Shown one piece after another: positions 28,961-39,341 of a stretch of DNA of 39,941 nt. The stretch is from Limisphaerales bacterium. Lineage in GTDB: Bacteria; Verrucomicrobiota; Verrucomicrobiia; Limisphaerales; SIBE01. The notes beneath the pieces are model-generated. The model did not search any database, was not told where the DNA came from, and saw only the letters and a program-made list of their open reading frames with translations. Numbering within the stretch: position 1 is the first letter of the stretch; the number at the start of each line of letters is the position of its first letter. Made by a program: the position numbers and the translations under genes. The stretch lies in contig JBGAIN010000071.1 of assembly GCA_044225505.1 (NCBI GenBank), forward strand, positions 1-39,941. Direction: 5' to 3'.

Positions 28961-30226
28961 ATGGATATTCCTCGTCCCAACGAAGCCCGGCGGCGCCGAC
29001 GCCAACGAATCCTCTATGCGGGGCTTGGCCTGACCGCGATCGCACTTGTGACGGTTGGGCTAGCTCGGCTCAAACCCGCCGCCCCGTCCGTCGAAGGCAA
29101 TTCCATTTACCCGGGAGTTGTAAAGCGAGGGGAGATGCTTCGTGAAGTCCGCGGGAATGGCACCTTGCTCCCGGAAGAGATCCGATGGATCCCAGCCATG
29201 AATGCCGGACGGATCGAGTTCATCCATGTGCAAGCTGGAGCCGCGGTCCAAGCGGATACGATCATTCTTGAACTGAGCAATCCAGAGTTGGTGCAGGCCG
29301 CGTTTGACGCGGAGTGGGCGGTCAAGGCTGCTGAAGCGCAATATGCGAAACTGAAAGTGCAACTGGATAGCGATGCCCTGGCGGCCGAGGCGAACGTGGC
29401 CGCTCTTAAGGCGGACTGCAGCGTGGCCAAGCTCGATGCCGAAGCCGACGATAAGCTCGCCCAGGAAAAGCTCGTCGATCGCTTGACTGCGGCGCGTTCT
29501 CGGACCAAAGCCGAGCAGTTGACCATCCGCTGCGCCTTGGAAGATAAACGACTGCTGACCATCGCGGAGTCGCGCGTGGCGCAGCTGGCCGCCCAAGAAG
29601 CTGAACTCGCCCGACTTCGGGCCGCTTACGATCTCAAGAAACAACAGATCGCTTCTTTGAAAGTGCGCGCTGGACTGGAAGGTGTTCTGCAGAAACTCGG
29701 CGAGACCATCCAATTGCAGGTCGGCCAACAGGTCGCCGCCGGAGCTAACCTCGCCCGAGTCGCTAACCCGAAACGACTGAAAGCGGAGATTAAGATCCCT
29801 GAGACCCAGGCCAAAGACATCGAGCTCAACCAAAGCGCTTCGATCGACACGCGCAACGGAGTGATCGCCGGGCATGTTGTCCGGATCGACCCGGCCGCTC
29901 AAAACGGGACGGTGACCGTCGACGTTGCGCTGGACGGTTCGTTGCCGAAAGGCGCGCGTCCCGATCTGACCGTGGATGGGACCGTCCAACTGGAAAAGCT
30001 CGACGACGTCATCTATGTGGGAAGGCCAGTGCACGGGGAGGCGGATAGCACGGTCAAACTCTTCAAGATCATCGACGGCGGCAAGGGCGCGGTGCGAGTC
30101 CCTGTGAAACTCGGACGCAGCTCAGTCAATTTCATCGAGGTCCGGGAAGGTCTTGCGCCCGGGGAACAGATCATTCTGTCGGATATGTCTCAATGGGATG
30201 GATACGATCGATTGCGACTGAATTGA
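28961..30226 (+). CDS. HlyD/MacA-family periplasmic adaptor subunit
   Basis: N-terminal TM, lipoyl half-motifs flanking a long alpha-hairpin, ARPDLTVDG, VPVKLGRSS..EGLAPGEQIILS. Confidence 0.92.
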   Translation: MDIPRPNEARRRRRQRILYAGLGLTAIALVTVGLARLKPAAPSVEGNSIYPGVVKRGEMLREVRGNGTLLPEEIRWIPAMNAGRIEFIHVQAGAAVQADTIILELSNPELVQAAFDAEWAVKAAEAQYAKLKVQLDSDALAAEANVAALKADCSVAKLDAEADDKLAQEKLVDRLTAARSRTKAEQLTIRCALEDKRLLTIAESRVAQLAAQEAELARLRAAYDLKKQQIASLKVRAGLEGVLQKLGETIQLQVGQQVAAGANLARVANPKRLKAEIKIPETQAKDIELNQSASIDTRNGVIAGHVVRIDPAAQNGTVTVDVALDGSLPKGARPDLTVDGTVQLEKLDDVIYVGRPVHGEADSTVKLFKIIDGGKGAVRVPVKLGRSSVNFIEVREGLAPGEQIILSDMSQWDGYDRLRLN

Positions 30227-30308
30227 GCTGGAACCTGACCATGCCATCGACATCACGCGCTTAACTCGGACTTTGCCCCGTGGACTTCTTTCTGAACGCT
30301 GCTCCCCT

Positions 30309-31025
30309 ATGACCACCGACGCCAATCCTGCTGCTACCGCCCTGATCACTCTCCAAGGGATCACCAAAGTCTTTTATACCGATGAGGTCGAAACCCACGC
30401 CCTCTCTGGTATCCACCTCCAGATTAACCGCGGCGAGTATGTTTCCATCGCGGGCCCTTCCGGTTGCGGCAAGTCGACGCTCCTGTCCATCCTTGGCCTC
30501 CTCGATTCCCCCACCGAAGGAACCTATATCCTCAATGAACAGTCGGTCGCCAACCTCCGTCTGGCCGACCGGGCGCGCATCCGCAACCGCGAGGTCGGGT
30601 TCATCTTTCAAAGCTTTAATTTGATCGGTGATCTCACCGTCTTCGAGAATGTTGAATTACCTCTCACCTATCGGGGCATGAGCACGGACGAGCGCCGAGA
30701 CCGAGTCAATGAAGCGCTCGAAAAGGTGGGAATGGCACACCGCGTGAAGCATTATCCATCGCAGCTTTCTGGCGGGCAGCAGCAGCGTGTCGCCGTGGCC
30801 CGCGCCCTCGCGGGCAAGCCCTCGATCCTCCTCGCGGACGAACCGACAGGCAACCTGGATTCGAAGAATGGCGACGCGGTGATGCAACTCTTGCGCGACT
30901 TGCACCAGGAAGGCGCCACCATCTGCATGGTCACGCATGACACCCGGTTTGCCCGCCATGCCGAACGGACGATTCACTTGTTCGACGGTCGCGTCGTTGA
31001 GGAAGAAGCGGTCGAGACCAAATAG
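30309..31025 (+). CDS. ABC transporter ATP-binding protein (MacB/LolD-like)
   Basis: Walker A GPSGCGKST, signature LSGGQQQRV, Walker B LLADEPTGNLD, H-loop VTHD. Confidence 0.95.
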   Translation: MTTDANPAATALITLQGITKVFYTDEVETHALSGIHLQINRGEYVSIAGPSGCGKSTLLSILGLLDSPTEGTYILNEQSVANLRLADRARIRNREVGFIFQSFNLIGDLTVFENVELPLTYRGMSTDERRDRVNEALEKVGMAHRVKHYPSQLSGGQQQRVAVARALAGKPSILLADEPTGNLDSKNGDAVMQLLRDLHQEGATICMVTHDTRFARHAERTIHLFDGRVVEEEAVETK

Positions 31026-31067
31026 CCTTCGCTGATTCTAAGATCCGGACAGGTCACCGGTAATTCT

Positions 31068-33494
31068 ATGAACGATCTCCGTTACGCGCTCCGCATTCTC
31101 CTAAAAAGCCCTGGCTTCACCGCGGTCGCTGTCCTCTCGTTGGCGTTGGGTATCGGCGCCAATACCACGGTGTTCTGCTGGATTCAGAATGTCCTGCTGC
31201 GTCCCCTGAGCGGCGTCGTGCAATGTGAGCGTCTGGTGGTGCTGACCACCACGCACGGAACCGCTATGTACGATACTGTGTCGTTACCCAACCTGCGCGA
31301 TTACGATCGGCTCAAAGAGATTTTCGCCGGCGTCATTGGTTCACAAATCACGCCCGCGTGCTTAACGCTCAATGAAAAAGCGGAGTGGGTCTTTGGCCAG
31401 ATCGCCACCGCTAATTTCTTCGACGTGCTTGGAGTCAAGCCGGTCGCGGGCCGACTGTTCCTTCCGGACGAAGACAAAAAACCGGGTGGAAACCCCATTC
31501 TCGTCCTCAGCCACGGCTATTGGCAGCGTCGGTTTGGGGGCAACCCCAGCGTCATTGGGACGACCGTCGATCTCAACCAATTTCAGTTCACCATTGTGGG
31601 GGTGGCACCCGAGACCTTTCACGGCACTATGAGTGGGCTCAACGCCGACTTTTGGGCGCCCCTCTCGATGCATCAGCAAGTGGCCAATTTCGGGTCACTC
31701 ACCGCACGCAACGACGCCTGGCTCCATACCCAAGCGCGGCTCCAGCCAGGAGTCGGGTTGGCGCGAGCCCAAGCCGCGGTCAACACGGTGGCGCTGCAAT
31801 TGGAGCTGGCCTATCCTGACACGAACCGCGAGATCGGCTTGCGCGTGCTGCCTTTTAGCAAAGCGCCGTATGGCGCGCAGTCGTTAATGCTTCCCGTTCT
31901 CCGCATCCTCATGGTTGTCAGTTTTGGAGTTCTCCTCATTGTCGCTGCCAACGTCGCCAATTTGCTCCTGGCGCGCGCCATCGGACGGCGCAAGGAAATT
32001 GCCATTCGCTTGGCGATGGGAGCCAAGCGCGGGCGCCTGATCCGCCAGTTGCTTACCGAAAGCGCAGTCCTTGCCACCGCGGGCGGTCTCTTTGGCTTCG
32101 TCATGGCCAATTGGGGAGTTTCGCTCTTTCAAGCGTTCATGCCCAAGACGCATTTGCCAGTCGGATATGCGTTCGATTTCGATCTCAACACGCTCGGATT
32201 CTCGCTCATCCTGGCTTTGATCACGGGACTCGTATTTGGGCTTGTGCCCGCTCTGCAAGCCTCGGGCACTCACCTTCACGATGTCTTAAAAGAAAGCGGG
32301 CGCGCGAGCAGCGCCAACGCCTCCCACCATCTTTTCCGGAGCGCGTTTGTGATTTCAGAAGTCGCCTTGGCGTTGCTCCTGCTCGTCGGCGCTGGACTTT
32401 GCATCAAAGGATTTCAACGAGCGCGCCAGGTGGAAATGGGCTTTGACCCGCGTAACGTCCTGGTCGCAGGCCTCCGCATCGGGATGAACGGCTATGACCG
32501 CACCAACGGCCTCGTCTTCTATCGCCAGCTCAAGGACCGACTCGCCACCCTTCCCGGCGTGAAAAGCGCCGCCTTAGCAAGTTGGTTCCCGCTCGGCTTC
32601 GAGGGCGGACCCAGTCTGAGTGTGGAAGCTGAAGGGTATGTCCCGGCAGCCCAACGAAGATGTTTCCATCCCCTACGCCATTGTCTCGCCCCAGTATTTT
32701 GAGACGCTCCAAATTGCGTTTCGCGACGGACGCGATTTTCGCGATAGCGACGACGCGAAAGCCCTCCGCGTGGCGATCATCAACGAACAAATGGCCAAGC
32801 GTTTCTGGCCCGACAAAATCCCCTCGGACGCAAATTCAAGATCTGGCGCGGCGACGTCACTGTCGTTGGGGTGGTAAAGACCGGCAAGTATCGGTCCCTC
32901 AACGAAGAGCCACGGGGATTCTTTTACTTACCCTACCAGCAAGGGGTCTGGGACTTAAATCTCGGCGTGGCGCTCCGGACAGCGGGAGATCCCAATACCT
33001 TGATCAAGAGTCTGCGTGACGTCATCCATGACCTCGATTCCCGGGTGGAAGTTTGGGCGAACTTGCCCATGCCAGATTACGTGCAAGCGGCGTTCCTCGC
33101 GCAACGCATCACCGCCACACTATTGACGGGGCTGGGCGCAGTGGCCTTGATCCTGGCGGCTATGGGGATCTATGGCGTCATGGCTTACGTTGTCAACCAA
33201 CGAACTCAGGAAATTGGGATCCGCATGGCCTTGGGTGCAAACGTGCGAGATGTCCTTCAACTGATCGTCGGACAAGGGCTCAAGCTGGGGATCGTTGGCG
33301 TCGCGGCCGGCTTGGTGGGCGCCCTCAGCCTAACGCGTCTGCTCTCCACCTTCCTTTACGGAGTCAGCCCGTTCGATCCCTGGACGTTCATGGCAACCGC
33401 AGCGATCCTCCTTCTCGTGGCGCTCGTCGCCAGCCTGGTTCCCGCGTTTCGTGCGGCCCGGGTAGATCCTCAAATCGCCTTGCGAGGAGAGTAA
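31068..33494 (+). CDS. Duplicated MacB/FtsX-type ABC permease (ADOP-like), ~808 aa; two compensating frameshifts (~32646, ~32811)
   Basis: DLRYALR.L.KSPGFTAVAVLSLALGIGANT, ANVANLLLARA..RRKEIAIRLAMGA, GIYGVMAY.V.QRTQEIGIRMALGA, PAFRAARVDPQIALRGE. The 31068 and 32871 ORFs share a frame. Confidence 0.92.
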
Positions 33495-33627
33495 GCGCTC
33501 AATCGTTGAACCTACCGCGATTTCGGTCGTTGCCGTGGAACACGGCAGAGTTCTTAGTCGGACGTCAGGACGTATTTCGAATTGAGAATGCTTTCTCGCG
33601 CACTTATGACTCCGGTGCGCGTCTCGG

Positions 33628-34449
33628 CTATTCGATCAGATTCGTCCCTTGCGGCCCAAAGCCGCGTGTGGCCTGCAGAGCCTTCATCTCTGACGTATAA
33701 GTCCCATCCTCAAAGGCCACGATCAACGGATCCTCTTCGACCGGTGCGCCTCCGAAACTGAGCGAAGCACAATAAAGTGTAAACAAAGCCGGCTTGCTTT
33801 TCATCGGCACCACATGCCGGATCGTGATGAGCCTAAACCCCACATCGGTGATTAGCGTGATACATCGGCTTTTCTGTTGGAACGGAAAACAGAACACAAA
33901 CAAGCCATCCTCCGTGATGTGCTTTTTAGCAGCCCGCGCGTAATCGCCCACATCCCCTCGAAGTTCGAAGCGTGCATGCGCCTTTTGTGAATCCTCCGGC
34001 AATGATCCGGATCCGATCGGAAAGTAAGGAGGACTCCCTGTGATTAGCGGGAACCGCTCACCTAAATCGAGGTCGCGGAGGTCGCCGTGAATGGCGCGGA
34101 CGCTCTCGTTGAGTCCATTCCCAACGATATTCTCGGTCAGCAGCCTGTAGCTAATCTCCTGCGCTTCGATACACGTCAACCGCGCGCCCGGGCCGAGTCC
34201 CCAAAGCACCGCAAGGCCCACGGTTCCGATCCCAGCGCCCAGATCAAGGGTGCGCTTCACCGGCGTCGTTTTCTGCAGCGCATACCAGGCGGTCGTGGCA
34301 TCATCGATCCCGTGACGATGCCCATTCCTCCTCTGAAAGATTCGATACGGTCCAGCCAATCCCGAAACAAATAGTTCCTCGCCCATCTCGTGTTCTAGAG
34401 AAGGGAGGCGCGAAACAAACCGCTGCTGAATGGATGAGTCCATGACCAC
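33628..34449 (-). CDS. SAM-dependent methyltransferase, YfiC/tRNA m6A37 (TrmN6)-like
   Basis: Motif I LDLGAGIG, motif IV GSPPYF, ARFE, N-terminal Q..GHRHGID. Confidence 0.78.
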   Translation of the reverse strand: MVMDSSIQQRFVSRLPSLEHEMGEELFVSGLAGPYRIFQRRNGHRHGIDDATTAWYALQKTTPVKRTLDLGAGIGTVGLAVLWGLGPGARLTCIEAQEISYRLLTENIVGNGLNESVRAIHGDLRDLDLGERFPLITGSPPYFPIGSGSLPEDSQKAHARFELRGDVGDYARAAKKHITEDGLFVFCFPFQQKSRCITLITDVGFRLITIRHVVPMKSKPALFTLYCASLSFGGAPVEEDPLIVAFEDGTYTSEMKALQATRGFGPQGTNLIE

Positions 34450-34550
34450 GTCCCGAGCAACCTGAGATACAACGCTCGTTCTGGATTGTGAAGCCTATGT
34501 CGCTAAAACAAGTTGCCTCAGAAACACACTGGCTTGGAGCCGCGCGGTCC

Positions 34551-34577
34551 AAAGCTGTTGAGGGCAACAGCACTCCA
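34551..34577. repeat. REP-like palindrome (AAA-7bp stem-AGGG-stem-ACTCCA), copy 1
   Basis: AAAGCTGTTGAGGGCAACAGCACTCCA; same scaffold as 39315-39341. Confidence 0.65.
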
Positions 34578-34641
34578 TGACCTGGCGGAAGCGGGGTCGG
34601 CCTTTGGATGTGCGCAGGCGCATCTTGAAGTTGGGCTGAAG

Positions 34642-34830
34642 CTTGTTTTGCCAACACCAAGCCTCTCCGACCGTTGGTGACAATTTGGCTCAGGGCTTTC
34701 GGCAATCCGTTCAGTCCCGGAGGGATCCCGTGAGAATAGCCCGGACGCTTTAGCGCCAGGTGTCGTATGTCTAATAATCAAGAAGCCCCGGAACGGCGAC
34801 TGAATCCATGCCAGGAAGATCGTTCGCGGG
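34642..34830 (+). repeat. 189-bp direct repeat, copy 1 (REP/BIME-like palindromic unit)
   Basis: Ungapped match to 38756-38944 with 9 mismatches by eye; the first 84 bp are identical. Contains internal palindromes. Confidence 0.93.
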
Positions 34831-34975
34831 AGGCACTGGTATCGTCCGATCTCAAGCCCAGATCCTCGCCTTCAATGGCCATGGCATTGGCCGTCCTTTC
34901 GGGAATTAACGAGGCTCGACTCGAGAGCAGCGCAAAAATTGTAACCTTTTCGGCAGTGCGTCAATATGCTCATAG

Positions 34976-36910
34976 GTGAACAGTGACGACATGGGCCTAG
35001 TGCAGCGGTATCTCTCCGAGGGATCGGAAGAAGCGTTCGCTACTCTGGTGTCCCGGCACGTCGACTTGGTCTATTCTGTGGCGCGACGGCTACTCCCGAG
35101 TCCTGCTCTCGCCGAAGAAGTTACGCAAGTTGTCTTCATTATCCTGGCGCGGAAGGCCCGCTCGCTTGGCCCAGAGACTATCCTGCCCGCTTGGCTTTGC
35201 CGGACCGCTCGATTCGCGTCGGCTGATGCCCTCAAAACCCAACGTCGCCGGCAGCGTCGAGAGCAGGAAGCATTTATGAAATCCGCAGCTGAGGAGAACG
35301 CAACCGACCCCTGGACGGACATTGGGCCATTGCTCGATGTCGCCATCAGCGAACTTGGCGCCAAGGACCAGGCGGCAATCGTCCTCCGTTTCTTTCAAGG
35401 CCACAGCTTCGAGGAAGTCGGACGGATCATGGGGGTCAGTGACAACGCCGCCAAGACTCGCGTCAGCCGTGCCATCGAGAAACTGCGCGGTTTCTTTGCC
35501 CGACGCGGGGTAACTCTCTCAGCAAGCGCGCTCGGCGCTTCCATTGCGACCTGTTCGGTTCAAGCGGCGCCCGCAGGCTTGGCCGCCACGGTCGTCGCCG
35601 CGAGCAAATCTGCGGGGCTTGCAGCGTCTGCGGCGGCGCTCCTCAAAGGAACACTACAACTTATGGCATGGACTAAAGTTAAAACCGTGACCGTTGGCGG
35701 TCTGGTCTTGTTAGCCGCGGTCGGCTCATTGACGGTTGCAGTTCGGCAACTCATGCCACCGCGGCCTACCACGGCAGCTTCAACCTCGTTGCCCGCGAGT
35801 TCATCAACCATGGCGCAGCCAACGATCGCTCTGCCCAAATCGTCGCGCACCGCGCCATTCGACTGGCGCACCGTCGAATCCCCTGATTATCGACAGTATA
35901 TCGCCAACCTTCGCACCATCGGATGCCCTGAGGAAACCATCCGCGACATCGTCACTGCCGACGTCAACAAACTCTTCGCCTCGCGTTGGGAGAAGATCCG
36001 CCCCAGCAAGGATTTTCAATTCTGGCGCTGCGGTGAGGATTGGTTCCGGGTCTTGTCTCCGGACGAAAAGAACCTGCAAGCCATGCACGACTTGGCTGAC
36101 GAAAAGCGATCGGTCCTTAAGACTTTGTTAGGAGTGGAGCCAGAGGAAACCTCGTGGACGCAGCCTGCCCAGGACACTTTGGCGGCCTTGACCACGTTCT
36201 TGCCAGCGGAGAAGCGCGCGGCGCTCGCTCAACTCGATCAGCGCTATGCCTCCAAATATCAACAACTGCGCCGAGAGACCGACGGTCACGATTGGGAGCA
36301 GGTCAGAACGCTCGAACGCGACAAACAGGCTGAACTGTCACGACTTCTGACGCCGCAGGAGTTGGAAGATTACCAGCTGCGCTTTTCACAAACCGCCATA
36401 GGAATGCGCAATGAACTCGGTCCGTTCCAGCCCACCGAACAGGAATTCCGGCAGATCTTTCAACTTCGCAAGGAACAGGATGCCGTTCTCGACTCGATCG
36501 ATCCGGGTTCGACCCGACCGGAGGACATGGCGAAGCGAAGGCAAGCAGAGGACGAACTGCGCGACGGTCTGTTCAAAACCTTGGGTGCGCAACGAAACTG
36601 GGAGTACACCCTCTCGACAGACCCGGTCTATCGGAGTGTGCTGCCGATTGTGGAAGAGGCAGGGCTCGATCGTTCCCTCGCGGAAAGCATCTGCCGTATG
36701 AAAGATGATTCCCTTCAGCAAGTGAGCGCTGCGATGAATAATCCTTCACTATCCGACGTGCAGCGTCAGGCGCTGGCCAACCAGGTCCGAAAGCAGACCG
36801 CAGATGCAATTCAAGCCAAACTCGGCGCGACCGGCTACAAGCGTTTTGAAGGGAGCTTTCCCGCGTCGGCCTGGCTTCGGCAAATGAACCAACTTCCTCA
36901 CGGCCGCTAA
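34976..36910 (+). CDS. ECF sigma-70 factor with Ala-rich linker, TM helix and C-terminal helical domain
   Basis: [108 protein letters not shown]. Confidence 0.92.
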   Translation: MNSDDMGLVQRYLSEGSEEAFATLVSRHVDLVYSVARRLLPSPALAEEVTQVVFIILARKARSLGPETILPAWLCRTARFASADALKTQRRRQRREQEAFMKSAAEENATDPWTDIGPLLDVAISELGAKDQAAIVLRFFQGHSFEEVGRIMGVSDNAAKTRVSRAIEKLRGFFARRGVTLSASALGASIATCSVQAAPAGLAATVVAASKSAGLAASAAALLKGTLQLMAWTKVKTVTVGGLVLLAAVGSLTVAVRQLMPPRPTTAASTSLPASSSTMAQPTIALPKSSRTAPFDWRTVESPDYRQYIANLRTIGCPEETIRDIVTADVNKLFASRWEKIRPSKDFQFWRCGEDWFRVLSPDEKNLQAMHDLADEKRSVLKTLLGVEPEETSWTQPAQDTLAALTTFLPAEKRAALAQLDQRYASKYQQLRRETDGHDWEQVRTLERDKQAELSRLLTPQELEDYQLRFSQTAIGMRNELGPFQPTEQEFRQIFQLRKEQDAVLDSIDPGSTRPEDMAKRRQAEDELRDGLFKTLGAQRNWEYTLSTDPVYRSVLPIVEEAGLDRSLAESICRMKDDSLQQVSAAMNNPSLSDVQRQALANQVRKQTADAIQAKLGATGYKRFEGSFPASAWLRQMNQLPHGR

Positions 36911-37757
36911 AGCGGCTTCTCGTCCGTAGTTCCCCAGCGGTCTATGGCATCTGGAAATCTGCAGATCGCCACGCTTGGACGTTGGAAGGAATGCTGACCA
37001 ACCAAACCCCGGGGGAGGCGAGCAATGTCGCAGCCGCAGGGGCCTCCAGCGCGGATATCGGAGCGCAAGGCGGCAATGTTGGGCGATTAGATGGATCGGT
37101 GACTTGGAAAGGGATTAAACAGATGCAGGCCTATCGGGGATCGCGTCTTTGGGGAAGCGGTGGGTGCTTTGCGGTTTGGTGAAAAGACTCCAAGGGTGAG
37201 CGTGGACACTCTGATCGGACCATATAAAAGGTCTTTCGGCGGTTCGGTGACGCCGATTTCCAGGGTCTAGAGAGGCTCATGGCTCTCTTTCGGCCCCGAA
37301 ACTGGTCCATATTCCTTTCGAAGGATCCAACTGCCTTCCGCTTCCTCCACTCTCCTCTATTGCCGCCCTCGAATCTGCCACTCGATAGTTTCGGCATACG
37401 CCCGATCACCACGGCGATAGCTGCCGTCCATTGCCCTGCCAACTTAGCTCACCATTAATTATCGCTTCTTCGAGCCACACCCGGAAATTCCTCCGCAACT
37501 CTGACGGTAACGATTAGCCCGTGGCATAAGCCCAGCTTGGCCCTTCTTCCTGAAGCAATACACCTCACAAAACAGGCCCCGAAAGCGAGCCACCCATCCT
37601 CTTGCCGGCCCTCAACTCCAACCAAGCGACTGCTCTGCAATCACTTCCTGTGGTCCGACCAAGATGTCCACGGTTGAATTTTTGGCCCCGTCTCCCGGCG
37701 CGGGTTCGGCCTGTGATCCTCGTTATGATCGGGCTGGCGGAAGGGGGGCATGTGAGC

Positions 37758-37977
37758 TCAACGAATGTCTTCGACGTCAAGCCTCGCTCCTTGAATGATG
37801 CTCTTCAAGGTCCCGATGGGTATGGGCTTGGTCCCGTGGGCGGCGACGATTACCTGTCGGCTGTCAGGGTGCCGCCATTTCTGGTGACTGCCTTTTTGCG
37901 AAACCTGTAGAAAGCCATGTCTGCGGAGGACTCGCGCCACGTCGGCGGCGGTGCAGACAAGGAAAGCGCTTGCTCAA
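37758..37977 (-). CDS. hicA: HicA-family toxin; one frameshift near 37959
   Basis: VLRRHGF..SQKGSHQKWRHPD..VIVAAH..IPIGTLKSII.QGA. TTG start overlaps the hicB stop (TTGA); MSKRFP joins VCTAADV after removing one base. Confidence 0.88.
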
Positions 37978-38177
37978 GGCAGCGACAATTCTACCAGCTT
38001 AGCGCCATTCTTAACTTCGAGTGGCGACGGCTCAAACCAGAGCGCGAGGGCTTCCTGGGCGTTCTCGATAGTCTCTGCCTCTGTGTCGCCAGCAGACGCG
38101 CACCCTGGCAACTCAGGAAAGACCGCCGAAAAGCGCTTAGTCTTGGGATCATGCTCAATCAGGAGGCGGAATTTCAT
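37974..38177 (-). CDS. hicB: HicB-family antitoxin, short form lacking a DNA-binding domain
   Basis: 67 aa; FSAVFPELPGCASAGDTEAETIENAQEALALW. Confidence 0.9.
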   Translation of the reverse strand: MKFRLLIEHDPKTKRFSAVFPELPGCASAGDTEAETIENAQEALALWFEPSPLEVKNGAKLVELSLP

Positions 38178-38604
38178 GCTTCCCGAACGTAGCGGGCAAA
38201 GGGTGCACTCGCAAGCATCGAGCAAGCCGTGGTTTCGCTCTCATTCTCCGGTGGTCTGTATGTCGCAGAGCCAAGCGATTTGAGCAAAGCAGGATGCGAA
38301 TTCGTTAGCGTTACAAAACAACATCGCGGGGGCTTTTCAGGTCTATTTCTTGGCCGTAAGAAATTCGTCTTTCTTCTCATGTGGAGCCCTCGGTTGATGG
38401 GCTTCGACGTTTCAAAACAGGGCGGGCTCCACACGTAGAGGGCTGGCAATTCCTGCCGGACGCTTACCCCTTCTCCGAGGTCGGCCACGTCGGATTCTCG
38501 GCTAGATCCCCGACGCCGGAATCGAATGGGTTGGCACGTCGCACAAGGCGCAGATTCCCAAGACGCCTCGACTCGTGACGGCTCCAAAACAGTCCTGGAA
38601 ACCG

Positions 38605-38694
38605 AGCGCAAGCTCAAATCTTAACGTTACCGTCTCCGCGATACAGCGCCTTTTGAGCCCTCAAAATCAAGCGCAAGATCGAATCTTAACGTTA
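38605..38694. repeat. Two 25-bp direct repeats ending in the palindrome TAACGTTA
   Basis: AGCGCAAGCTCAAATCTTAACGTTA (38605-38629) and AGCGCAAGATCGAATCTTAACGTTA (38670-38694), 2 mismatches. Confidence 0.8.
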
Positions 38695-38755
38695 ACGAAA
38701 TCACAAGCAACTGACCGGCAGTGACTTGTCGTGGCGACAGTAAAACTTATTGTGA

Positions 38756-38944
38756 CTTGTTTTGCCAACACCAAGCCTCTCCGACCGTTGGTGACAATTT
38801 GGCTCAGGGCTTTCGGCAATCCGTTCAGTCCCGGAGGGACCCCGTGAGAATAGCCCGGTCGCTTTAGCGCCGGGTGTCGTATGTCTAATAATAAAGAAGC
38901 CCCGGAGGGGCGACTGAATCCATACCAGGCAGTTCGTTCGCGGG
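38756..38944 (+). repeat. 189-bp direct repeat, copy 2
   Basis: Matches 34642-34830. Confidence 0.93.
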
Positions 38945-39196
38945 TTTAAGGCAGCGGCAATGGGGTCGCGTCTAAACAGTTGACAGTCCCGGTGTGAGCT
39001 TCCTTATGATGCGGCCTCGTTCAAGATCGCCGACCAGGGTTGATATGTCGCACATACCCGGAGCAATCTGCTCCTGGAATCGGTGGCGCCGTCGCGACGC
39101 GCGATTGGGGCAATCCCGCGGAACCTCGATCCACAGCTTTGCCTGGGTGCGATGGTTCGCGATGGGCGGGATGCAGAGCGGACGAAGGTGGGGGAG

Positions 39197-39220
39197 GATT
39201 ACGATTACGATTATGATTAC
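39197..39220. repeat. Hexamer tandem repeat (GATTAY)x4
   Basis: GATTAC GATTAC GATTAT GATTAC. Confidence 0.9.
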
Positions 39221-39314
39221 GAGCAGGAATTAGGATTGAGATCAAGACGGCCTTGCCACGACGGAAACGGTTGGGGAATAGGAAGATGCAGGGTTAACTA
39301 CGCGGCTGAACGGA

Positions 39315-39341
39315 AAAGCGCCAGAGGTCTGGCGCACTCCA
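39315..39341. repeat. REP-like palindrome, copy 2
   Basis: AAAGCGCCAGAGGTCTGGCGCACTCCA; 7-bp stem with AGGT loop. Confidence 0.7.

Noticed and set aside
38229..38438. 69-aa ORF divergent from hicB
   Set aside because: No recognisable motif or RBS; may be a gene remnant but cannot be supported.
21930..38547. Other TGGCAC hexamers (near 9725, 9905, 21931, 26808, 38532) as sigma54 promoters
   Set aside because: They lack a correctly spaced -12 TGC element.
38980..39010. TTGACA...TATGAT promoter-like pair
   Set aside because: 19-bp spacer and no credible downstream gene; would need TSS data.
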